The notes beneath the pieces were generated by a model. The model searched no databases. It was not told where the DNA came from and saw only the letters and a list, made by a program, of their open reading frames with translations. A DNA stretch of 49,167 nucleotides, taken from contig JBIJDZ010000005.1 of the NCBI GenBank assembly GCA_044343805.1, positions 1 through 49,167 on the forward strand. The letters are read 5' to 3'. The translations under genes and the position numbers were made by a program. Source of the DNA: Chthoniobacterales bacterium. Its GTDB lineage: Bacteria; Verrucomicrobiota; Verrucomicrobiia; Chthoniobacterales; JACTMZ01. This document shows positions 38,434 through 47,655 of this stretch, in pieces (within the stretch, counting starts at the first letter, position 1; every line of letters starts with the position of its first letter).

Positions 38434-40346
38434 TTTTGCCTCGGTTGCTCTTCCTGAATTTTCTTAAGAAATTCCCCCGCAATCCGCGAGCCCGGCAGTC
38501 GCTGAGCCAGACGAAAGAGCCTTTGTGCTTCATTTTTTTCCCCCAACATCCAAAAGTGCGCGCCCAGATACTCGTAGCCGCCCGCATGGTTGGGATCGAG
38601 CGCGATGGCCCGCAGATGCCACGGTCGGGCCTCGGGCGCACGACCGCTCCAATTCAAAACCAAGGCCGTCTCCCGCATGGCATAGGCAAAGCGCGGTCTT
38701 TCCGCCACGGCTTGGAGCCAATAATCGGCCGAGGTTTGATACCACTTTCGGCGACTATCCGCTGTCGCCGCTGCATTGCCCAAAAGCCCCGCCGTCTCGC
38801 CAGCCAAAACCAAAAGTCGTGGATTGCGCGCATCCGTGGACAAACCTTCGATCACATGTTTCCACGCGGTGTCCAACTCACCCGCCACCAAGGCGTTCTC
38901 TGCCTGCAATGCCTCATACTCCGCTGCAGCATGGGGACGAATCTGCCATAACAAAGCGCTGCCCGCAGCCAGCGGCAGCACAACACCCAGCCCCCTCAAC
39001 CACCAAGGTCGAGACTCCGCGTAAGTAGTCGTAGATTCGCGGCGGCAACCAGACAGCCACCCGGCGCACAAGGCCACCAGCAACACAGGAGCCGGAACAT
39101 GCATTCGATGGTCGAACACGGAGTGCAAACCCTGGGCCACCAACGCCGACAGCGAACCGCTCAACAACGCCAACTCCATGCTCTGCGGCAAAAGCGAGAC
39201 CGCCGGCAACTCGCGGCTGACACGCAGAATATTTTTCCATCCGGCCAAAAAATGGACGGCAAAAGCCAACCCGCCCAGAACTAACCCGATGCGTCCATAC
39301 TCCACGAGCAACTGCAACCAGTCGTTGTGCGCGTGGTATGGCCGCAGATTGCCCATGGAAATGTCCCGGTAACGCGTGGCCAACATATCGAAAACATTAG
39401 CCCCGCTTCCCCACCACGGATCCAGCGGCAACATCGGGGGCGACACCGAAAACCATAACTTCTCCCGAAAAACATCCGACCCCAACGCGTCCATTCGCAT
39501 TTGCACGGCAAAACTTTCCAACCCCACCACCAAAGCCAAACCTGCACACAAAACCACCAAAGCCAACGCCCCGAAGGTCAGCCATCCGCGATGCGTCACC
39601 GACCCGCGCTGCACAATGAAAAAACTCGCCACGGCAAACACCATCATTCCGCCAAGCACTCCCGTGTAAGCCGCGCGGGAAAGACACAGCACCAACCCAA
39701 CCAAGCCGGACGCCGTGATCCAAAACAAAATCAATTTCACCCAAACCGGCCCCCTTCCCCATACCAACATTCCCAGAGCCAGAAAAGTGCTCGTCTGCAA
39801 AACGGCCGACAAAGTCCCCCGCGAGGCAAACGTGCCCAAGGCATAACCATGGTTGGGCATCATCGTTTCACCATCCGGCAAGCGGAACCATTTCGCTAAC
39901 TCCGGCCACGGATGAAACGGCCTTTCCGCCGTGAATTGCATCACCACCAAGAAAACCTGAAAAACCAGCAGCGCAAAAAGAGCCGCCAACACAACGTAGA
40001 CCGCTCCAGAACCGCGCAAATGCCACGCTGAGGTAAAATAAACCGCCAGCGCTCCCAATAACAACCATGTGTCCTCCCGCGCCGGGTAATAATCGGGCGA
40101 TGCGGACTGACGCCACAGAAGATAACCGGCAAATAAGAGCACCGATCCCACGCACCAAGCACCCGGAGCCCCCCCCGATCCCGCTTTGGGAGAAGCAAAA
40201 CCCCCAACCACCGCCGACAGAGCTCCCAACACCAAACCAGGAATAGCCAGCGCCGGATACCACCAGCCGCCGAAAAGCAACTCTGATGCCGCCAGACCAG
40301 CCGCCAGCAACAAAGCGGAAACCCACAACAATACTCGCGAAAACAC
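38430..40346 (-). CDS. O-antigen ligase/Wzy_C family membrane protein with C-terminal TPR-like domain
   Basis: About 12 TM segments, LSRAA, GSGANVF and HAHNDWLQLLVEYG; helical TPR-like tail. Confidence 0.85.
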   Translation of the reverse strand: MFSRVLLWVSALLLAAGLAASELLFGGWWYPALAIPGLVLGALSAVVGGFASPKAGSGGAPGAWCVGSVLLFAGYLLWRQSASPDYYPAREDTWLLLGALAVYFTSAWHLRGSGAVYVVLAALFALLVFQVFLVVMQFTAERPFHPWPELAKWFRLPDGETMMPNHGYALGTFASRGTLSAVLQTSTFLALGMLVWGRGPVWVKLILFWITASGLVGLVLCLSRAAYTGVLGGMMVFAVASFFIVQRGSVTHRGWLTFGALALVVLCAGLALVVGLESFAVQMRMDALGSDVFREKLWFSVSPPMLPLDPWWGSGANVFDMLATRYRDISMGNLRPYHAHNDWLQLLVEYGRIGLVLGGLAFAVHFLAGWKNILRVSRELPAVSLLPQSMELALLSGSLSALVAQGLHSVFDHRMHVPAPVLLVALCAGWLSGCRRESTTTYAESRPWWLRGLGVVLPLAAGSALLWQIRPHAAAEYEALQAENALVAGELDTAWKHVIEGLSTDARNPRLLVLAGETAGLLGNAAATADSRRKWYQTSADYWLQAVAERPRFAYAMRETALVLNWSGRAPEARPWHLRAIALDPNHAGGYEYLGAHFWMLGEKNEAQRLFRLAQRLPGSRIAGEFLKKIQEEQPRQN

Positions 40347-40489
40347 GGCCGTTATCCTATTTGCCGCAACCTCCTGTTCTCAACCTCGATTACCCAGAGG
40401 CCGCATCTTTGCAAAAAAACCCTATTATTCAGAATTTTCACTTGCCCATGCTGAAAGATAAGACGATTTATGGGTAATAATCTAATATT

Positions 40490-41161
40490 ATGAAGAAAAC
40501 TCACCTCTTGATCGTCTCTCTTTCTCTGGCCGCGCTGGTCACCTCGTCGCACGGACAAAGCTTGGATCAGCAAATTGCCGAAGCGGCAAAGGTGGCCGTG
40601 CAAAACGAGGCGCCCGAAGAAGACGCCAAAACCATCGCCCAGTCTCTGGGTGAAGCCTTTGGACCAAACAGCGATTCCGACGCGCTCATCGCTCGTGCTG
40701 TGCAACTTGCTCAACAACGTCCCGACGAAGCTGCCGCCATTGCTGCAGCCGCTGCAGTCTTTGTTCCCAATCTAGCTCCGCGTATAGCTGCAGCCATTGC
40801 CTCCGTCGTTCCCGCCGCCGCTCCTGCGATTGCCGCAGCGGTCGCTGGCGTTGTTCCCTACCTCGCTCCTGCGATTGCCGCGGCTGTGGCTCGGGTCGTT
40901 CCCGATAGCGCCGCGCAAATCGCTCAAGCGGTATCTCAAGTCGTTCCCTCTGCAGCGACTTCCGTGGCCAACGCAGTCATTGAAGCTGTACCCAACGCTG
41001 ATCCTGCAGCAATCACCAATGCCGCTCTGGCCGGAGCCGAGCAGTCAACAACCGGTTCGTCCGATTCCGGCGGCAACACCGGGGGCGTCTTGCTTCCATC
41101 AGGAGGGTCCGGGGGGGGATCTGGTGGAGGATCAGGTGGCGGAGGGACACCCTCCAGTTAG
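40490..41161 (+). CDS. Secreted Ala-rich tandem-repeat protein with Gly/Ser tail
   Basis: Signal peptide MKKTHLLIVSLSLAALVTSSHG, 15-aa repeats and GGSGGGSGGG tail. Confidence 0.8.
   Translation: MKKTHLLIVSLSLAALVTSSHGQSLDQQIAEAAKVAVQNEAPEEDAKTIAQSLGEAFGPNSDSDALIARAVQLAQQRPDEAAAIAAAAAVFVPNLAPRIAAAIASVVPAAAPAIAAAVAGVVPYLAPAIAAAVARVVPDSAAQIAQAVSQVVPSAATSVANAVIEAVPNADPAAITNAALAGAEQSTTGSSDSGGNTGGVLLPSGGSGGGSGGGSGGGGTPSS
40718..41032 (+). repeat. Degenerate 45-bp (15-aa) tandem repeat, about 7 units
   Basis: CGTCCC/GTTCCC/GTACCC recurs at 40718, 40763, 40808, 40853, 40898, 40943 and 40988; exact 17-mer GCTCCTGCGATTGCCGC at 40820 and 40865. Confidence 0.9.
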
Positions 41162-41420
41162 CACACGCGCTTTCCATCATCGTCCACTTTGCCGGGCGGG
41201 GCTGTCATCGAGCCGTGACATTTCCGAATTAATCTTTTTCCTGCGCGCACTTGAGCAGCAGCTCCTAAGCAAGAGCGTAGTTAAGCTTACACCGTTACGA
41301 TTTAGTGATTTCGGTTTTCTCGCTGATGCCTCGGTAAACAGATCATTGCCTATCCGCCCCTGTATCCGCTAACCAAGGGGTAACTCATCGTCGGTGATTC
41401 TCATCCGGCATCTGAACTTT

Positions 41421-42344
41421 ATGAGCAAACACATCGCCCTTATCTTCCCCGGTCAAGGCGCCCAAGCTGTCGGCATGGGCAAAGAGCTAGCCAGCAACTT
41501 TTCCGTCGCTGCGGAAATTTTCCATCAAGCCGATGAAATTCTCGGCTGGCCCTTGAGCAAAATCTGCTGGGAAGGCCCCGAGGAAGAACTCACCAAAACT
41601 TCCGTGTGCCAGCCCGCCCTCTACGTCCACGGCCTCGCCGCTTTGGCTGTCGTGCAGGAAAAACTCGGACACCTCCCTGTCAAAGCCGCCGCGGGACTTT
41701 CCCTCGGCGAATTCACCGCCCATGCGGCGGCCGGAACCTTCGATTTTGCCACCGGTCTCAAAGTTGTCGCCCAGCGCGGGCAATTCATGCAGGAGGCCTG
41801 CGAAGCCACCCAAGGCGGCATGGCGGCCATGATCGGCGTGGACGAAAATGTCGTCCGCGACCTCGCCGCACAGACCGATGTTGATGTCGCCAATATCAAC
41901 TCGCCCGGACAAATCGTCATCTCCGGCGAGGCCAGCAAAGTCGCCATGGCGGTCGGAATAGCCAAGGACTTCGGCATCCGCAAGGCAGTCGAGCTGAAGG
42001 TGGCCGGCGCATTCCACTCACGCCTCATGGAACCAGCATACGAGCGCCTCGACGAAGTTCTCGCCGCCACGTACATCGCCGAGCCCAGCTTCCCGGTCGT
42101 CTGCAACGTCGATGCCAAGTCGGTGCAATCACCCGCGGACATCCGACGCACCCTTGCGGATCAGGTCACGGACAGCGTCCGCTGGTCCGATTGCGTCACC
42201 TGCCTGCTTGACGATCTCGGCTGCGACACTTTCCTTGAACTAGGCCCCGGCTCGACGCTCGCCGGCATGGTTGGTCGCATCCGCAAGGGCACAACCGTCT
42301 TTTCGGTTGGGACGCCCGCCGACCTCGAAAAACTCGCCCTTTGA
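41421..42344 (+). CDS. fabD: Malonyl-CoA:ACP transacylase
   Basis: FPGQGAQ.VGMG, GLSLGE, ANINSPGQIV, GAFHS and ELGPG. Confidence 0.96.
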   Translation: MSKHIALIFPGQGAQAVGMGKELASNFSVAAEIFHQADEILGWPLSKICWEGPEEELTKTSVCQPALYVHGLAALAVVQEKLGHLPVKAAAGLSLGEFTAHAAAGTFDFATGLKVVAQRGQFMQEACEATQGGMAAMIGVDENVVRDLAAQTDVDVANINSPGQIVISGEASKVAMAVGIAKDFGIRKAVELKVAGAFHSRLMEPAYERLDEVLAATYIAEPSFPVVCNVDAKSVQSPADIRRTLADQVTDSVRWSDCVTCLLDDLGCDTFLELGPGSTLAGMVGRIRKGTTVFSVGTPADLEKLAL

Positions 42345-42378
42345 TTGCCCCCAGCGCCCCGCCAACCGATTTTTGACC

Positions 42379-43302
42379 ATGTTCTTGGCCGACGAAATCA
42401 AGCGCCTGAAAAAAGAGCGTAACGCCGTCATTCTCGCGCACAATTACCAGATCGCCGAGATTCAGGAAGTCGCCGACCATGTAGGAGACTCGCTCGGCTT
42501 GGCCTACCGCGCCGCCGAGACCGCGGCCGACGTGATAGCCTTCTGCGGCGTTCACTTCATGGGTGAGACCGCCAAGATCGTCAATCCGGGAAAAAAAGTT
42601 GTCATTCCCGACCTCAACGCCGGTTGCTCGCTCAGCGACTCCTGCCCGGCGGATAAACTCGAGGCCTACCTCAAAGCGCACGCCGACAAAAATTTCTACG
42701 TCGTCGCCTATATCAACTGCTCGGCCGGTGTGAAAGCGCTCTCCGACGTGATCTGCACCAGCGGCAACGCCGTGAAAATCGTCCAGAGCATCCCCTCCAA
42801 CCGCAATATCCTTTTTGTACCCGACCAGAACCTCGGGTCTTGGGTTATCGAACAGACAGGACGTCCCATGACGCTCTGGGCTGGCAGCTGCTACGTGCAT
42901 GTCGAGTTCACCCGCCAAAGTATCGAACGCATCCGAGCCAAGCACCCCGGCGCACCCGTGGTGGCCCATCCCGAATGCACTCACGCCGTGCGCATTCTGG
43001 CCGACGAAGTTTGCTCGACTGAGAAAATGGTTGGCTATTGCAAAGCATCGCCCGCCGACACATTCATCATCGTTACCGAATCCGGCATGCTGCACCGCCT
43101 CAAACGCGAGATCCCCGGCAAGACTTTCATCCCCGGACCAACCGACACTTGTGCCTGTGCCGACTGCCGCTACATGAAGATGAACACGATGGAAAAACTG
43201 CGCGACTGCCTACGTGATCTTTCCCCTGAAATCATCATTCCCGAAGACCTCAGAGCCCGCGCCGAGTTACCTATTCGACGCATGCTCGCGCTGAGCCGTT
43301 AA
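42379..43302 (+). CDS. nadA: Quinolinate synthase
   Basis: ILAHNYQ, FCGVHFM, AGCSL, YINC, PDQNLG, AHPEC and C.YMK. Confidence 0.96.
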   Translation: MFLADEIKRLKKERNAVILAHNYQIAEIQEVADHVGDSLGLAYRAAETAADVIAFCGVHFMGETAKIVNPGKKVVIPDLNAGCSLSDSCPADKLEAYLKAHADKNFYVVAYINCSAGVKALSDVICTSGNAVKIVQSIPSNRNILFVPDQNLGSWVIEQTGRPMTLWAGSCYVHVEFTRQSIERIRAKHPGAPVVAHPECTHAVRILADEVCSTEKMVGYCKASPADTFIIVTESGMLHRLKREIPGKTFIPGPTDTCACADCRYMKMNTMEKLRDCLRDLSPEIIIPEDLRARAELPIRRMLALSR

Positions 43303-43430
43303 CACGGCGGGTCGAGGATAACTAACCCCCTGCCAGAGGATTAGAGCGGCTTAAACTTTTCTGGAGCCGTGGCCTCTCGAGCTGCGCGTGCGAAGAAATG
43401 CGGCACCGGCTTCCATCGCGCCGCCGCAGC

Positions 43431-44462
43431 TCAGGGCGCAAGCAAGCTTCCCGGACCAAGTGCTTGGAGCTCACTTTTACGCCCGAACGGGTGCTCGGCA
43501 GGCGTGAAGGGAACTGTCAGAATTTCCCCGTCCCGCACAATGCGAACATCGACCGGCTCACCAGCCGTGAGAAAAAAGGATGCATCCAACGCATCCTCGG
43601 GCTCGCGCACTGCAATGTCGCCAAACTGCAAAATCACGTCGCCTGGACGAAATGATGAAGCGGCCGGACCCGTCGGGTCGACAACATCAATCGCCATACG
43701 CGAACCCTCCACGGCCGCTGGGATTTCTTGCACAGTGACACCTGCCCAACCGTGTCGCACATCGCCATGCCGGACGTAGTCAGTGCGGACTTTTTCCGCA
43801 GCGCGGATCGGCAGCACGTAGCATCCAGAACCCTGTTCAAAACCACTGACTAAAACGCCGACTACTTTCCCGTTCATATCGAGAACGGGGCTTCCCCCCT
43901 GCCCGCGCTGGACGGGTATGTTCGCGCGAATGTGCATGGTAGTGAAGAAAGCACCTTTCGATTTGCGGTCGAAACCGCCGATCAGACCAAAACTCGGAGA
44001 CACTTCGTGGTCATAGGGAAAACCGACCACGACAAGGGGTGTTGCTGTCTTTAGCTTCAGGCAATCACCCCACGCTGGGAAGGGTGTGGCTTCGTCCAAA
44101 TCCACCTTAATCAAGGCAATGCCGCTGCGATTGTCTTTGGTTAAAACGCGGGCCGGCAGCCTGCATCCATTGTAGGCAACGGTGAGACTCAATCCGTCGC
44201 CAACCACGGATGACAAGGTGTAGATTGTACCCGAGGCATCGGCAAAAAATCCCGTTCCGGCCACTTTGCCGAGTTCATCTTCGGATTCCACCCGCACCAC
44301 ACTGCGCAGATTATCGCGGAAGACTTTATCGACTGATGCTTGGATGGTCTCGGCGAAGGATGATTGATCAACGGAGGAAGTCTCGGCCCCGAAGGCAACA
44401 GTAAGTATAGGCGATGCAACCAGCAGCGCGGCGGTGAGACTAAAAGCTGTAAGGCGACTCAT
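43431..44462 (-). CDS. HtrA/DegP-like trypsin + PDZ protein with degenerate catalytic triad
   Basis: Signal peptide; GTGFF...YTLSSVV, SGIALIKV and RGQGGSPVL; PDZ GWAGVT...GPA...GDVIL. Confidence 0.85.
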   Translation of the reverse strand: MSRLTAFSLTAALLVASPILTVAFGAETSSVDQSSFAETIQASVDKVFRDNLRSVVRVESEDELGKVAGTGFFADASGTIYTLSSVVGDGLSLTVAYNGCRLPARVLTKDNRSGIALIKVDLDEATPFPAWGDCLKLKTATPLVVVGFPYDHEVSPSFGLIGGFDRKSKGAFFTTMHIRANIPVQRGQGGSPVLDMNGKVVGVLVSGFEQGSGCYVLPIRAAEKVRTDYVRHGDVRHGWAGVTVQEIPAAVEGSRMAIDVVDPTGPAASSFRPGDVILQFGDIAVREPEDALDASFFLTAGEPVDVRIVRDGEILTVPFTPAEHPFGRKSELQALGPGSLLAP

Positions 44463-44862
44463 AGCTCACCGGGCGGGCCTCGAGCACATAATGTGCCGGC
44501 CGATCTGCACGCATGGAAACCGGCCAGCGGACAACACCTTGACCAGCCGGCAGCACATTAACTGTCGGGGCCGGGCTGTTCAGGGCAAACGACGGACCGG
44601 ACAGATTTTCTTCCTCCTGCGAGACCAAGATCATGGACGAAAGAATGACGGCCGCTGCCGCAACACCCGCATAGGCCAAACGGGGCACGTGAAACTCCGG
44701 AAAGGAATTTACCAATCGTTCCCACAACAAACTCCACATCGGTTGGCGCAACAACTCGGCCCGCTGACGCTGGTGAAACTCGTCGAGGAAACGCTCGAAG
44801 TAGTCGGGCGCAGGGTGCTCATATCGTTTGAGACGAAGGAGCTTGTGGATGTCGTCGTTCAT
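44440..44862 (-). CDS. Putative anti-sigma factor (single TM)
   Basis: Directly downstream of the ECF sigma; N-terminal LLRLKRYEHP..YFE.FL.EFH.RQR, one TM segment and a short exported tail. Confidence 0.65.
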   Translation of the reverse strand: MNDDIHKLLRLKRYEHPAPDYFERFLDEFHQRQRAELLRQPMWSLLWERLVNSFPEFHVPRLAYAGVAAAAVILSSMILVSQEEENLSGPSFALNSPAPTVNVLPAGQGVVRWPVSMRADRPAHYVLEARPVSYESPYSF

Positions 44863-44865
44863 AAA

Positions 44866-45462
44866 TCAGTTGGCCAGAAATTCCTGCAGGTAGTTTTGCA
44901 GCTGTCGGTGGGCGTAAAAGAGGCGGGAACGCACTGTCCCCTCGGAAATTCCGAGAATCTTGCCGATTTCAGCGTGGGGCATTCCTTGTATATCAAACAT
45001 AGTCACGACAGCTCTGTGTTCATTCGACAGTTTCATCATGGCTTCGTTCAATCTTTGCTGCAGTTCCTTGAGATTCACTTCTCGCCTCGCATCCGGCCCG
45101 GACGTGATTTCGATAAATTCCTGATCATGGTGAACCCCGCTGTCCACATCGTCGAGGCTCATATGGAAATTGCGTGAGCGCTTTTTCAAAAAGTTGATCG
45201 TCATGTTGGTCGCGATCGTATGCAGCCAGGTATAAAAACTCGATTTGCCGCGAAACCCTCGGATCGACCGGTAGGCTTTGGCAAAAATATCCTGCATGAG
45301 GTCATGCGTGTCCTCGTGGTTCGAGGTCATGTGATAAACCAAGCCGTAGAGGCGGGGACTGTATTTCCGCACCAAGTCGTCGAAAGCCCGCGGATCACCC
45401 GCCTGCGTGCGGGCGACCAATTCCTCGTCGCGGATTTCCGGTTCTTGGGCGCTGTCAGCCAT
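44866..45462 (-). CDS. ECF sigma factor, RpoE-like
   Basis: AFDDLVRKY, FRGKSSFYTWL..IA.N and EIGKILGISEGTVRSRLFYA. Confidence 0.92.
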   Translation of the reverse strand: MADSAQEPEIRDEELVARTQAGDPRAFDDLVRKYSPRLYGLVYHMTSNHEDTHDLMQDIFAKAYRSIRGFRGKSSFYTWLHTIATNMTINFLKKRSRNFHMSLDDVDSGVHHDQEFIEITSGPDARREVNLKELQQRLNEAMMKLSNEHRAVVTMFDIQGMPHAEIGKILGISEGTVRSRLFYAHRQLQNYLQEFLAN

Positions 45463-45519
45463 GGGGAACTTGGGAACCTAACAGACAACCCGAGACGGGG
45501 GGAAGCCGGAGTCCATTTT

Positions 45520-46335
45520 TCAAACACCGGGCCATCCGCGACGCAGGGCCGTTTCCAACAGCTTGCCCAGCGCCGCCGCCGCCGCACGACCGGTCTCGAT
45601 CACCTCATGATGGGAAAGAGACTCGCCCGACATACCTGCCGCCCAATTGGTCAGGCCAGAAAACGCCCCCACCCTCACCCCCAACGCCCGGGCTTGGATG
45701 GCTTCAAAAACCGTTGACATGCCGACGGCGTCCGCGCCCAGTGTACGCAGCATCCGCACCTCGGCCGGCGTCTCGTATTGCGGTCCGGGCATACAGGCAT
45801 AAACTCCTTCGTGCAGACCAACCCCCACCTCCACGGCCAGCGCGCGGATGGCGACACGCAAAGATTTGTCATAGACCTCCGACATATCGAAAAAATTCGG
45901 TCCTCCGCTCAATGGCGAAACACCGGTGAAATTGATGTGATCACTCAGCATCATCCATTCGCCAGGCGCAAAGACCGGATTAACGGAACCGGCCGCGTTG
46001 GTCAGCAAAAGAATCTTTGTCCCGAGCGATGCGACCAGACGCACATGAGCAGCCACCGCCCGGGCACTGTGCCCTTCGTAAAGGTGAACCCGCCCCAGAG
46101 CGAGAAGCAGGGGGACGTCGCCCAAAGTTGCCCCTACGAATTTTCCAGCATGTCCCGCTACCCTTGAAGGCGGCAAGCCGGGGATCTCGTCGTAGGAAAC
46201 TTCGAAAAGTTTTTCGCAGCTTTCGGCAAATCCCCCCAAGCCGGAGCCCAAAACAAGGGTCACGGCGGGCTTGAACGAGGCGAGCCTGGCGGGAATCTCC
46301 GGAAACTCTGCCGTCCGGGGAGTCGGAGTTTCCAT
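45520..46335 (-). CDS. Purine-nucleoside phosphorylase (trimeric PunA/XapA type)
   Basis: VLGSGLG, GRVHLYEG, TNAAG, GPQYETPAE and GADAVGMSTV.E. Confidence 0.94.
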   Translation of the reverse strand: METPTPRTAEFPEIPARLASFKPAVTLVLGSGLGGFAESCEKLFEVSYDEIPGLPPSRVAGHAGKFVGATLGDVPLLLALGRVHLYEGHSARAVAAHVRLVASLGTKILLLTNAAGSVNPVFAPGEWMMLSDHINFTGVSPLSGGPNFFDMSEVYDKSLRVAIRALAVEVGVGLHEGVYACMPGPQYETPAEVRMLRTLGADAVGMSTVFEAIQARALGVRVGAFSGLTNWAAGMSGESLSHHEVIETGRAAAAALGKLLETALRRGWPGV

Positions 46336-46342
46336 GGCGATC

Positions 46343-47587
46343 TCAGATCGCTTTGATCAGCACCGAAGAATTGTGTCCGCCGAATCCGAAGGAGTTGCTG
46401 ATGGCGACTTTGATCTTTTTTTCACGCGCCTTGTTCGGAACATAATCCAAGTCGCACTCGGGATCGGGGTTTTCGAGATTGATGGTCGGCGGCAGAATAC
46501 CGTCGCGCATCGCCATCACGCAGGCGGCCATTTCCACTGCTCCCGCGGCACCAAGCAAGTGGCCGGTCATGGATTTGGTCGAGCTGACGGCCAGCCCCTG
46601 GCGGGCGTGATCGCCGAAAGCAAGTTTGACTGCTTTCGTTTCGCAAGCATCGCCGATCGGCGTCGAGGTACCATGGGCATTGATGTAATCAACATCCTCG
46701 GGGTTGACCTTGGCGTGTTTCATCGCCATGCGCATGCAGCGCGCCGCTCCCTCGCCACCCGGCATCGGAGCACTCATGTGGTACGCGTCGGCAGTCAATC
46801 CATAGCCGGCAACCTCACAGTAAATCTTGGCCCCGCGTTTCTTGGCATGCTCGTACTCCTCGAGAATCAGGACACCGGCACCCTCGCCCATCACGAAGCC
46901 GTCGCGGTCTTTGTCGAACGGACGCGAAGCGCGTTCCGGTTCGTCGTTTCGCAGACTCAGGGCACGCATGGCAGCAAAACCCGCGATTCCCACAGGAACG
47001 ACACAGGCCTCGCTGCCGCCAGTGAGCATCACATCCGCATCGCCGAATTTGATGATGCGCCAAGCTTCACCCATACAATGATTCGCCGTGGCGCAAGCGG
47101 TCACTATGGCCATGTTAGGACCACGCAAGCCATGCTCCATGGAAATGAAGCCGCTAGCCATATTGCTTATCATCATCGGAATCATGAAGGGCGATGTGCG
47201 GTCGGGACCCTTGGTCAGCATTTGGCCGACTTGGGTTTCCATCGTGGCCAAGCCACCGACTCCGCTGCCGATCATGACACCGGCGCGGTCGAGATCTATG
47301 GCCGAAAGATCGAGGCCGGAGTCAGACAGACTCATTTGGGCCGCGCCGACAGCCAGCTGCGTGTAGCGGTCCGTGCGGCGCGCGTCTTTAGGCGTCTTGT
47401 AAAAAGGCACCGGATCGTAGCTGCGAACTTCGCCGGCGATCTTGCAGTCGAATTTTTCGGTGTCGAAGGCTGCAATCTTGCCGATTCCGCTGCGCCCCGA
47501 CTTGATGCTTTCCCAAAAAGTATCCAAGTCGTTACCCACAGGGCTGATGACCCCGATACCTGTGATGACCACGCGACGCTCGTTCAT
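46343..47587 (-). CDS. fabF: Beta-ketoacyl-ACP synthase II
   Basis: RRVVITGIG, TACAT, INAHGTST, KSMTGHLLGAAG and NSFGFGGHN; ATG 47587. Confidence 0.97.
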   Translation of the reverse strand: MNERRVVITGIGVISPVGNDLDTFWESIKSGRSGIGKIAAFDTEKFDCKIAGEVRSYDPVPFYKTPKDARRTDRYTQLAVGAAQMSLSDSGLDLSAIDLDRAGVMIGSGVGGLATMETQVGQMLTKGPDRTSPFMIPMMISNMASGFISMEHGLRGPNMAIVTACATANHCMGEAWRIIKFGDADVMLTGGSEACVVPVGIAGFAAMRALSLRNDEPERASRPFDKDRDGFVMGEGAGVLILEEYEHAKKRGAKIYCEVAGYGLTADAYHMSAPMPGGEGAARCMRMAMKHAKVNPEDVDYINAHGTSTPIGDACETKAVKLAFGDHARQGLAVSSTKSMTGHLLGAAGAVEMAACVMAMRDGILPPTINLENPDPECDLDYVPNKAREKKIKVAISNSFGFGGHNSSVLIKAI

Positions 47588-47655
47588 AATATGATTGATT
47601 TTGTTCGCAGATTGCTGCCCGATCACGGCCGGAGGCAAACGTTGATTCGATTGAG

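Noticed and set aside
40718-41032. 45-bp periodicity as a possible CRISPR array
   Set aside because: Degenerate in-frame coding repeats with no repeat-spacer structure and no cas genes.
41162-41420. 259-bp intergenic region upstream of fabD, considered as a riboswitch or sRNA
   Set aside because: No recognisable SAM, TPP, cobalamin or 6S consensus and no strong terminator by eye; an Rfam scan would be needed.
43303-43430. Weak hairpins between convergent nadA and the pseudoprotease gene
   Set aside because: Imperfect stems without U-tracts; cannot be supported as a terminator or ncRNA.
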